From contig NC_135262.1 in the NCBI RefSeq assembly GCF_964204865.1, positions 9,486,001 through 9,550,000 of the forward strand: a stretch of 64,000 bases of DNA. The letters are read 5' to 3'. The stretch comes from Styela clava (taxonomy: Eukaryota). Positions 37,401 to 49,918 of the stretch are shown here, piece after piece (position 1 is the stretch's first letter; each line of letters starts with the position of its first letter). Position numbers and translations under genes: made by a program. The notes below the pieces were generated by a model. That model was not told where the DNA came from. It was given only the letters and a program-made list of their open reading frames with translations, and made no database searches.

Positions 37401-38111
37401 AAAGACACCCCATATCTGAATAAAAAAACAAACATACAATAATAGAAGGTGATCTATAACAAAGCCTGTTTTATTGGAAAATCGTCAGTTACCAATTTCT
37501 TAAAAGTTTATCGTCTTTTGTACCTCAAAATTTATTTTATTTTGTTAAAATCGCTGGATAGGACCTAGCGATCGCCTGCGGCAGGCTATATTCGAATTAG
37601 GCTAACGTCAGATATTTCATCTCTATTTTCGTCACAACTTATCGTATCGCAGTGATATACCATGACGAGGTAGCTGGTTGCCTGTGTCAAATTGAAATAT
37701 CTGTAGCTGTAGGCAAGACATGCGTTTGGGTATGTAAAGTGATTCATATGTTGTCGAATTTCGCCTAATAATTTCTAAGTATATGTATGAGAATAATGTT
37801 AAGCCATGCACGGTGATATATACTGAGGATAATACGTCATGTGCGATTTACACCGGACCATACCTCACATAATATAGTTCCACAAATTAAAATGTGAAGT
37901 ATGAGAACGAAAGTGTGTAAAGCTGACTTGATCATTTTTACATTCTGCCTGTAGTATTGTTGTAAAAATGAATTTTACTTGTACACAGCGGTAAACGAGA
38001 TTATTAACAAGCACTTTTTTAGTATATCCAGAACTCTTCAATAGCTTACTTTACGTTTTTGATGAGCTTTGTCATATTCAACTCTACGCGGAATAAGTTA
38101 GCTTTTGAGAG

Positions 38112-41100
38112 ATGAAGACTTACCTTGGAATTATTACCGTTGTGCTTGCAATTGTGATGTCCACTGAAGCATGCGTTGGTTCTCAAAGAAGTAAGTTTTG
38201 AAATATCCTATTGGTATATATATATATAAATATAAAGTGCTTTTATATTTGGATTGTGCACAATACAGTACATAGTCAGAGTGTGAGCGAGATAAAAATG
38301 AAAAATTATACTCAACACTCAAATTTAGGGTGGTGCTAGGATCAGTCTGTTTCTTATTTGGTTTCTATGTGTCTCGCTTTGATAGCAATTGTAAGTCACA
38401 GTACCCTTTCATTTAATATATAATAATGCTGAAGGGCGTAAAAACGAAATCTGTGAACCAGAAACAAATGAGGTATAATAAATAGTGACATTATTCAATT
38501 ATTGGTTACGTTTACGAAATTTAACACAAAACTTGATGAATTTCAAAATAAACGAAGTTACATGATGTATACGAAGTTTCTAGCGATGTGTAACTATACC
38601 GGTAATCGGATGTCCACAAATGCGACATAAGCACGCGACAAACTTATTCAAATATGAGTATTGACGCATATCAACGATTACGTCAAGTTACCACTGTAGG
38701 GTTATAATTCGGTCAAAGCACGCCACAAGTCAGCAATGTAGTAAATGTATTTGACATTGTTTGGACCATACGATTTCATCGAAGATAGTTCTTTTTTTTG
38801 CGAAAGATTCTTTTGGCCTTACTTTTAAACAGTTGTTTGCCATTTACAGATCCTTCTCTTTCTGAAATCGAGATTTCAAACCTGGAAGCTGATTACAAAT
38901 TTCATTTGGAAAACAAATCAGAACTTTCAGAATATAAGTTGACATTGGTTATGTCATGGAATATAAGTGAAGGTAAGTAACATATTTCAACTCGGTTTGT
39001 TTTACCCTATATTTAATCATTCCAAATAATCGAAGGATCTTATATAGATAATTCTATATTCAGGGGTAGATTACGATGGGATACTGGTAAGGCTCACCGA
39101 CAGCGAATCTCAACCTCAATTGAGAAAACGAAGATTTATTCCACCGCCTCCACCTCCTGGTATGTAGAAATTTTTATTAACCTATGATAAAGTAAATCAG
39201 TTTAATAACCCCACAAAAGCACGCATATTAACAATGCATACAAACGGGTAACTGTTGGCGGCATTCCAATTTCTGATTTGAAGTAGTTTCCAAGAAAACT
39301 GGAACTAGAAACTACAAAAACCAGGAAAATTGCGTTCACGGTAAACTGATGCAACAATGGCTTTTGCAATCATTTCTTCTGGTTGCTCGTTGATCAAGCG
39401 CACCTTGTGATGTGTGAAACGTTTTAAATCCTTAATCAAATTGAATGGGATCATATAAAGTAAATTTTATATTCAATGTGTGATATAATGTCATAGTTTC
39501 AATTATTAAACATCCTAAAATTTTAATATTAATTTTTTTTTTTTCAGTTATCAACACAACACCGTGAGTACAAAGATACAGTCATATGCATTATTTGTTT
39601 TTAAGCTAATGTGATTATCCTAGCGTTGCTTTGAGTACAACAATTTTTTCAAATTTTTGTTGATTTGTTTTCTTGTCATAACATACAGTATATTGACATG
39701 ATACTGTGTATAAATTCGCTGATGCAGTGTGTATTTTGATGTGCACCACGAAACCGTTTTTTGTTTTTGCTCCACGCATGCTTATATGGTTGAAATAAGA
39801 ATGGCGATAATTAGGTATTACCAACACAATACCTAGGTGTTTTAACACGCCCTTATCCATCATTATATCGGTAAATAACTATTTAAACAATGGTGATCAC
39901 CCATTTAGATCATCGTGCAACAACAAAACACTATGGACCGTTGATAGTAACGGTACATCGGTAGAATGTCAAGTTCCATGCAAGGGTATATTGAGTGAGC
40001 CTTGCCTCTATTCTCAAGTTTGTGCGCAGCTTGCAAATAACTTCACTTCTTTGCCAAAGGTATGGTTGGTATTTTATTTTGAATTTTGCAAAGAAACTTA
40101 CTGTGAAGTTAATGTTTGAAATTTGCCTCAATGTATGGTCTACATAGCATGGAATAGCAGTTTTCTACATCAGCACTTGTTGCAGTTTTCATATATCTTG
40201 GCCGAACGATGAATTTAGAAATCGTGATATATGACAAATTTTAAAGCTGTATATATATATATATATATATAGATATAAACTTTTAATCAGATTTACAGCC
40301 TGTGTTTGAGATAGCAATGTTTATCGCTATCTAGATTTGAAGATATTGAATTTTAATAATTTTTGATCGTCTATGTATCCATTCCATTATCTGCTCAGAG
40401 TATTTTACTATTGAGCAGGCAATTTCAAACGAAGAAGATTTAATAAATAGAGATAGTTCCTTAAGTATGAGTAATTGCTTGCTTAGGTTCATGTTTCAAG
40501 CAATGTGTTGGGAATACTACATGCGAATATAATTGTTGCTTATAATCACCTCATAATGTCAGTCAACTTTTCTTATCTTTTTATAGAATCAGAGAAAATT
40601 AGAAATGCCTATTGAGTTCGGAAGAGTCTACAGATTCAAAATGATGGTTTATAAAGAATGGAGTATAGGACATGAAGTGGAGTTCAAACTTACAGAGATA
40701 GTGTCGTTTTGTCGACATGAGCTAATTACAAACCACAAAGTTGATGAAACACTGGCACATCAATTCTGTAGTGATGAACAAGACATAGCAAGTTAGTAAT
40801 ATATTTTAAGGTTTTTGTGGCATATCATAGTATAAAAAATTATACCCCAGTGTTAATATACATTTTGTTTTGTCAGTATTAGGTTTGCTTTTGTATATAT
40901 TTATAGTTTGTCGGATATTAAAAACAATTAAACTATTGTACAGGGGTTCCTTGAGTCTCTGGAATAGTACATTGGGGTTCACCAAAATGCTTGAAAACCT
41001 TCTTATAATGCCAACTGCAGATAGCAGTATTGAATTAGTGTACTTCTTGTACTACCGTCGTGCAAAGCTGGTAGTTTTCTACAATCTGATTTATTGAGTG

Positions 41101-44100
41101 GTTATATATATTTTGCTACAGCATACTTAAACGGGAATCATGTTTCAGGTTTATTTTTGATTAATATAAATCCTAACACATTATCACTTAATTTTAGAAA
41201 ACACTTACTTCAGTGGGCCACCGGCAAACTTGGAAATTTTCAAAGAGTATAGAGATATGAGTATCAACAGAGGAGTGGTTGAACTCCGGTGGAGCGACCC
41301 TCATGACTTGCTTCCTAACGTTACTGTGCTAAGTTATGCTGTATTCGCAAGCAAAGGAGAACCCAACAGGGGAACAGTGGTAAACAAGATACATTTTCAC
41401 TTTTTTAAAAAGCTTTTGCATCTCGGTTTTTTGATATTTTCGACTCCTTATTAGGATAAAGTCATTATTGCAATTGTCTTTGCTGTCTATTTTTTATGAA
41501 ATACCAACGAACAATTTACAACCATATGGAGTTCATGCAATGTATACTTACAATATGTTAAAATATAATGAATAGGACCAATATATCCAATATTCATTAT
41601 TAACTTATTTTAGTTTGCAAGTGAAAAATCAGCAGATGGAAATTACACAGTATTGAAAATAACTAATATAAAATTCGGCGAAGAAGTTGAAGTCAGAATC
41701 ACTCCATATACCGACAACTGTGACGGATGCACAAATTATGGATTTCCCGGCGTTAAATTGTTCAAATTTTCAGGTATTATGTTCTTTCTACTTATTTAGT
41801 AAATTCTTTGTTTCATAAAAAACCTACTGTGAGTTATTCGGGAATTACATCTTGTCGAGTACGTCTATGATATCTATATATTTCATTTCGTTTTCTTCAG
41901 ATATTGATGCTTGCAAAGGAGACAATATTACAGAACCGTATTGTCATTCAGCAGCAATCTGTCACGATTTTCCGAGCAGTAATGAGAGTTCTGCTTCATG
42001 TACATGCGGTGTGGGTTATGAAGGAAATGGAATCGCGTACGCAGGAGGAGAAGGTTGCGTCGATTATGACGCATGCGCTGCAAGAAATGTCAGCAACCAT
42101 ACCTGTCATCCTTACGCTTTTTGTAAAGACTTACAAGCTCCGAGCATGGGAGCAAATTGTTCATGCCCGTAAGTTGAGTACGCCATATAATCTTATAAGA
42201 ACGTTTAGACAAAATTTGATTAATGAATGTTATGAACCATGTACAGGGCTGATTTCGTGGGAGACGGGTACAGATCCGGATCAGGATGCACAAAACTATC
42301 GTTAATAATTGCTTTAGGTGTTGGACTTCCTGCTGTAGCCTTGGTCGTTGTGGCTGTGCTGGCAGTTTTATGGAAAATGAGACTTTATAAAAAGAGGTGG
42401 GTAGCTGTTTTGAATCAAATGAATTCTTTTTAATAAAATGGTTGCAAATAACAACTGTTAAAAATCCGCTGTCAATTATTTTGAATTTGGTAACAACAAT
42501 TCAATAAATGAATATCTAATTGAATATTTGGCATTTTAAGCGGAATGTTGACCGTTGGTTTTATCATTTAACATAATTTTAATCGACCGGTCAAGCTTTT
42601 GAAGTGATAAAAGCGTCTCACACAGTGCTTCATATATAAATTGACTGGCGATGGCTTCATTCTTTGTTTATCCGACTCCGTTATCGTGGATTGAAAAAAC
42701 CTGTATCCATGTTCTCATATATTTCCCATCAGGGAAAGCGTATGTATGTCTTCAACTCAAACTAAAACTAATAATATTTTTAGACAAATCGAGAAAAAGA
42801 TGTCCCATTTCTTCTCGACTCCCGATGTGAATTACACTTCATCAATATCCAAAAGTATATTTATGAATAAAAATACCATGGAGACACAAGACAACGGAGT
42901 TTTCGGCAAAAAATGGGAGCTCGATCGAAATTCAATCGAACTGAAAGGCAAGATATATATAATTTTAGTAACATTGATTAACTTATATAGGCGTCGTATT
43001 TATTAGAGAAACTTTGCATTTTAGCTCCCCACCCTGATATAATAAACCTTCTATAAATCTCAGCAGGCTGCTGTTATTAAGTAACTTCTTACCCAATGCA
43101 AGCAGACTTGTTATTTTAACCAATAATTCAACCAAAATATCGTTTGTATATATGTTTTAAAATGGCGGGTTGATCATAATTTTGAAAAATTTCATAACTC
43201 ACAGGCGTCATCGGTCGTGGAAATTTTGGGGTTGTTTACAGAGGATTGTACACAGCAGAAGGAGAGGAAAAGTCAGTCGCAGTGAAAATGACTCCAGGTA
43301 AATGACCTACAACATATTATTGAGTATGTATTGTTAACGCCGTTGTACTCTAATAACCCGTTACTCTCTATGTTTTAGAAAATCCGTCGGAATCAATCAG
43401 ACAATCTTTTCTGGCTGAAATATCTTTGATAACGTCAATCGGTTTACATGAAAACTTAATCGGAATGATTGGATGTTGTACAGCTGGTGATCCACAAAAA
43501 CCAATATATTTGGTCTCGCAATTTATGAAATATGGAGATTTATTGCATTTCTTGTGGGATGCAAGAGAGGTTTGTGAACTATTTTTGAATTTAAACTACG
43601 TCAAAATTAGTTATCTATAAATTATCAAGCTTATCAAACTATGTAACAGATTTTTCATGCCATATTCTTGCACACTGTTACTAAACCTCAATTTTATCAT
43701 GTAATTTTAGCTGTTGTGATTGAATATATAATAAATAATGAATAAACCAAATAAACTGATGACTAATTCATCGGATTCATCGGACTAATCAAGTCACAAT
43801 AAAAGCTCAGATTTGTGCATGATAAATTAAGACTATCGCTATAAAAACAATACTGCCTTAGGCAATAATTTTCCGATAATTGAGGCTTGCTATGAAAACA
43901 ACATCGATTTATTTATGTTAAAGTATTTTTGGTCAATTGTTATTGTTTAATAAGAAAAACTTTATAAAATATAATAAAGTAAAATTATACAAATAGATAA
44001 AAAAAAACTCTTATAGTTATGTTCAGTCCCATTATGCCCAAGCCAATTTTGCCAATTTACAATTCCAAATTTGTTTCTTATGAAAAAACATTAAAATATA

Positions 44101-47100
44101 TTTTATACCAAATAATAATTTTGAAATTTGCCATTTTGTAAAAAATTGTATTGTCTCAGTATTCAAAATTTACGACCCTGCGAAAATTATTTGAAATTGT
44201 TGAGAACTATTAATTATTGATCTATGAAATTAGTTCTGCAAATAATTAAAATTAATTAATGAAATAGCAAATCCATTTTCTAAAAATTGCTAAATATTAA
44301 GTGTTCAGTTTTTTAAATATGGTTTATTTAGTTCCAATTGTTTTGCATATTCTTCTTCTGTGGTCTATATTATGCGTATGAAAAATGTTAGATTAATAAA
44401 CTAAATCCTGCAAAAAAAAATTTAACAGAAATTCTAATTGGCAATTTATACATATGTATATGGTTATTTGCTTCTATTTTCTGTTTACAATGTAATGGAC
44501 GTAAAATTTATCAAAACATTCAAACTAATTACAATAAAAAACATATCGAAAGCGTCTCCTTCTAATCTTTTAAAATCTGACCTTCATGGCGTCAATGGTG
44601 GCGTCAAAAGGTGATAAATATATGTTGTTAGTGGTTGAGAAAGTCGAAAATCGCACCGCGTGAAATTCTATCAATTTTTAATTTTTATTTCGCATAGTCA
44701 CGCTGACAAGTTTTTGCAGTCTTTTACTTTTGGACCGTTGCTTTCGTTTTAAACCACAGAATAATATTTGAAATCTATTTTTACACGGATTTTCCAATTA
44801 CATATATTATAAATAATATAAATTTGAATCCGTTATGCATATCCATCCATTTGACCAGGGGGGTGCAACCTGCAGCCAAGGACAAGGAAAAATAGTGCGC
44901 CCGAGGAGGAGTGCCAATTTTGAATGGTGTGAGACCCGCGAAACGAGTTTTTAATTTTGTTTAATCTGATACGTGCGAGTAATTCCAATCCCATTGCGTT
45001 GCAAAACCTATATCTGAGTCCAATTTTTTTTTTATCTATGCTTATGACGTTACACAGCTAGCTTATGCGAAGCGGACAACGCGTGTCAAAGATCAATAAT
45101 CGAGATTTTTGTGCTTGCAACTACTAGAAAGCCTATGTTAATTATAGTTGCGGCCCGCGATTTCATCCAGTTGTTTGTATTTCACCCGATTGTATTAGAG
45201 GTTGCACAGCCCTGCATCAGACATTCATAAAACCTTGAATATTTAGGCAAATGTTGCTTTTTTAGTGGTCAATACCTACTGCTGTCTAAAATTATCATGT
45301 AAAAAAGCATTCCGTGCCAGTCTACTTTAACCAACGCCTATTTTTTGTCTGTTCCCACATAGTGATCCTTTTATATGTCTGATCTTCTATCTAAATGTGC
45401 TAATATCTAACTTAATGGATTGAAGATTATAAAATTTACAGGTGACTGAGAATTAGAATCATATTTATATATTACAGGAAAGTAATCGTCTCAAGGATCC
45501 TATCTACAATTTGACGGAGTTGGGAATCTATCATATTGCTGCCCAGGTTGCAAATGGAATGCAATATTTGAGTGAAAATAAATTTATTCACGGGGACATA
45601 GCAGCAAGGAATATTTTAGTCGACGAAGTGAGATCTTATAATATTTGTGCAATAATTGATAAAACTAACTTAAATTTGCAAGGTGAACATGATTGTATTT
45701 ATTCTAATTCTAAGATTTTGCATAACGAGTAGTATCCATTTTTGTCGTGTTAGAAGCTCTATCTATGAATATTTGCCCTGGGGCTGATATAGAGTGTCAA
45801 AATGCTTTCAATGCGATATAATTATGGCAAAAAAGACATAAATACTGTGTAGTGTAGTGTAATTTGTTCGTGATCATTTCCCAGAATATTGTGCGATAAA
45901 GTTCCGTGACTCTGTATGAGATTAGACAGTGGTATACTGAACTAAAATTAGTAAATTGTTTTCTTGATTTCAGGGTCTCAAATGCAAAATTTCTGATTTT
46001 GGATTAGCGAACGATGTTTATCGATATGGCATGATCAAAGGAGCGGCAGAAAAAACCGTACCCCTAAAATGGGTTAGTCCAGAACGAATGATGGCTGGAA
46101 AAGTACCGATTACATGGAGAAGCGATGTGTACGTATTGGAAATTAAACATTCATTAAAAGAGATCATTGAGTAAAATTACATTTAGGATTATTTATTGGA
46201 TAGGACGCTGGCGTTTGGCTCGTTTGCTAAATTTTTGTTGTGGTACTTGATTTTACTGTTATTGGCGTTGTTTACTCCGGACTAATTTCAGTAATGTTAT
46301 TTTATTGTCTTCAAATTTGTTTCTTGGTTTCTGTTATCCTATATTTATACTTGGGTGGACAAGAGTTATAAACAATTAAGCAAGTTGTAAAACTTTGCCC
46401 AGACCGAAGTTAAAGTAAGTGTTCGTTTTAAAATAATATAAATTATAACAAAAAAATTCAAAGCTCTGATTAAAGAAATCGAAATCGATCAAAACTTCAT
46501 TAAAATTCAAAGAGTCTATATTCTAGAATAGATATATTTAATTTTATTTCACGTACTTTTTAATAACAAAAATATAATCAATTATTGACAGTAATTTTTT
46601 TCAGTATTTTAAAGGGTAACGATTAACATTTCAAGCCGTAATTCCAACAAAATTTCATTTGCACAAATTCTAGCTAATCGGGTTTATGTCCTTAGTTTGC
46701 CTTGATTCCAGTCCGTATTACTGCAATGAAAAAGAGTAATATATTTGCGGTCGTGCTCAAATTATAGTTTAATTTTTGTTCAGATGGTCATTCGGAATAT
46801 TGTTATATGAAGCGATCACGCTCGGAGCATCTCCGTATCCGGAAATACCACGAGATGAAATATTCGACAAACTGAAAAGTGGATATCGAATGAAACAGCC
46901 TGAATCATGCAGTTTATATCTGTGAGAAATGTTTTTATCATCGTACCCTATGATGTTCTAACTTATCCCAGTGTCTCACATATTGAATAGAGAGAAACTG
47001 ATGTTTACTTTTTAAAATGAGAAAATGGATATATATTATTATACTTTTTGTAGCTTGAAAATGTAATTGAAATTATCATCTGTAAACTTTTAGTTTGAAT

Positions 47101-47556
47101 ATAGTCGTCGACTCCTAAACCAACTAATTTCCAATTTCAAACTTTCAATGCCAATCTTCCTCACATTCAGCATGTAATTTACCATAAACAATGAACTAAT
47201 ATAGAAGATAGTTGTCTTTTCCAACACATTTATTTTATTATTATTGTTGTGAATATAACTGCGCACTCAGTGACCCCTTCTATTTACATTTCGTGTTTTA
47301 CAGATACAACATTATGCTCAAATGCTGGGAATGGAAACCATTAAAACGTCCAACGTTCAAACAACTCGTGGATGATATGAAACCGCCTTCATTACAGGAC
47401 TCCGAACACTATGTTAATATTGTCGCTATGGTGCCAACATTAGACGCTTTAGAAGAGGAGGGAAGTTCTACGTCACAGAGTATTGGAGTGTCACGTCATC
47501 TTGATATTACACCTCCTCACCAAAACGGAGACTTAAATGGATCATTGGTAGTCTGA
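38112..47556 (+). CDS. Receptor tyrosine kinase (signal peptide, FN3-like repeats, 2 EGF-like, TM, non-RD TK domain), ~857 aa
   Basis: Exons 38112-38190, 38850-38972, 39064-39159, 39548-39563, 39909-40059, 40587-40791, 41198-41379, 41614-41773, 41901-42168, 42247-42396, 42784-42947, 43205-43297, 43379-43569, 45478-45627, 45974-46128, 46784-46921, 47304-47556 join in frame. Kinase motifs [38 protein letters not shown]...RPTF. TM segment [24 protein letters not shown]. Optional exon 38340-38390 and alternative acceptor 42733 are possible. Confidence 0.9.
44856..45214. mobile_element. Degenerate non-autonomous hAT element in RTK intron, related to 1620-2548
   Basis: TIR CAGGGGGGTGCAACCT/AGGTTGCACAGCCCTG, imperfect TSD CATTTGAC/CATCAGAC, shared internal sequence gtgccaattttgaat...cccgcgaaacgagtttt. 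Confidence 0.8.
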
Positions 47557-49918
47557 TTCAAATTTTGTGAATTGATTCGTAATTCGTATTTTACGCACGG
47601 AGGATAGAACAGAAGAGGAAAGGAGGACAAAAGATTATGCGAATGGATTTAGCGCCATGATTTTGCAATATGACATTTCAAACTAACTAAGCCACTGATC
47701 CACTATTACAACTCTTGTTTTTAATATAAGGTATATTCAGTCAAATGTTGTTTTTTGTTCATTGAAGATATAACCAATTGATGCTCTGTAGCTCATTAGC
47801 GAATATAAATTTACGATGCATGAAGAAAAAAAATTGATTGTGACTTTGAAAATGGTGAAATTTCTGTCGTATATTCATTCGTCAAAATTCTTTTATAACT
47901 TTCACTTAAACTGACAAGTAGTCTTAGTAATGGGGACCGATGTCTTCATTTTGCAGAACATGCCTACTTGCATTACCATATAATAAGGGAGACTAATTTT
48001 TACCTCAAACCTTTAGCCGTTGAGTACCATCGTAAGTGTTTGCAAAAGTACTTTTCGCCCGCCGAAATTATCCACGAAAAATGTGTGTAATTTATTATGC
48101 AAATCTCTAAAGAAATCTATCCCTTCTGTTAGAAAACGTCTGCAAGCAGATCATTTTTTATTTATTCTCTTTTTATACTTATTGAAAGTGAGCAAAATTT
48201 TCAGCAACATTTGAAAATGCGTGAATTAGATAGTATTGCAAATTACTTTTGCCAAATTCTATATATTTTAAAATTCAATATGGAAACTATGAAAAAGTTG
48301 CATTATCATCAGCGCACAACGGTTGCTGCAAAATTAGTTATGGTTCAAAATGTTTCATTGTGTTTCTTGTTTCTTTATTATTTTTATTATAACTTTCAAC
48401 TTTTATTGAAAAAATTGTATGTGATTTATGCGCATGCTCTTTATTCATTGGGTACAAAGGTCGAACAAGGGTTTTAAATCACTAATACGCATCACAGAAT
48501 ATACAACATTGACATAAAACGTTTGGAAATTGTAAATTTGTTTTTACTTGATCTCAATCCATGTAAACTGGAGTAATTGTAATCTAATACTAATCAATAA
48601 CATGTTACGTTGTTTCAAGTTCATTTTTAGATTTGTATTTTACTGTCAATATGTCAAAAAATTATGCATATTTCAAATACATATATATTAATTTGAATAG
48701 TGATTTAGTCTTATAATTTGGAAATTTACACTTTAAACTTGACAAATATAATCGTAGAGTTCGCTCAGCATAATATATTAAAATAAACACCTAGAGCTGT
48801 CTTGAAATCGAACATTCCATTTGACGAGATGATTCAACTCTTTTTACAAAACTATTCACAGTTAAAACGTGGTTTGAATGAATTGGGTAAGCGACATCGA
48901 CCGAGCAAAATTCCAATCCTTTCAGAATAGTAGCTCCTAACCTATCCCCTGGTCTAAAATCTTGTTCGGATTGAAGCTCTGAAAATAATACAAAAATGTG
49001 GAAATAATTAGTAATGTTAGTCATGTTGTTGTGCCGCCAATTTGAAGGAAAATAATAGTGTTGTACCTGAATTTTCGACTACTTAATCAATTTTATTTTG
49101 AGTTGCTTCTCAAACAAGTATTTCAAGATATGTTTTGATTTATTGAATGCATATGATTTCAAATATGACCTGAAAATAAATCAGTGAATGATGTATCATT
49201 TTGTTTTCTTTGGTATTTCGCGTTCAAGTCAATCAAGTTGATAATTAAGAATAAACCTCGTCAATTTATCATAACTTATTTAAAACAGCCACCCAATGAC
49301 CTACCAGGAATGCGTTACATCAATCTATTTGAGTTGAGCCTTTAAGAGTGCTGGATTTAGTTAAATATTTTTTGATTTTTTTCTGGCGCCAAAAGATTGA
49401 AACCCCTAAGACTCATAGGTTAATTTGTGCTACCGCAACACATAAAACATATTCTATCAATTTCGAGAAAAAGCTTGAATCACAAGGGCTATATTTCAAA
49501 TATAAATGTTTACGATCTTGTATTACAAAAAGAGGTGCGAAATATGCAGCATGTGCAGAAAACATCTGCTTATTATAGACTTACGAATATTTTATATTTA
49601 TATCGGTCCGAGACAAAAAAGTAGAAAATATTATAAAAATGGCTTATAATACGAGTCGGATATCAGATATACAAGTACAGGTTGTCGATTTCCAATTTCT
49701 CGCGTTGTTTGGTATAGAACAGAATTTCATAGCACGTTAGGCGTTGAGGGCCAATAAACTCACACTCAGTGTAATTCCTTGCTTAGCTACAAGCCGAATA
49801 TTGATTTCTATTTGCAATATACTGTATTTTATTGTTGCAAAATTGACCCTAATTCATTCCGCTGGCAATTGAAAATGTATTTTTGATAATTTTTGCAGCT
49901 CAGATCATTACTGCAGAA

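Noticed and set aside
31450-38000. Long region upstream of the RTK with scattered 60-90 aa ORFs
   Set aside because: No consistent exon chain, domain motif or repeat structure that I could support.
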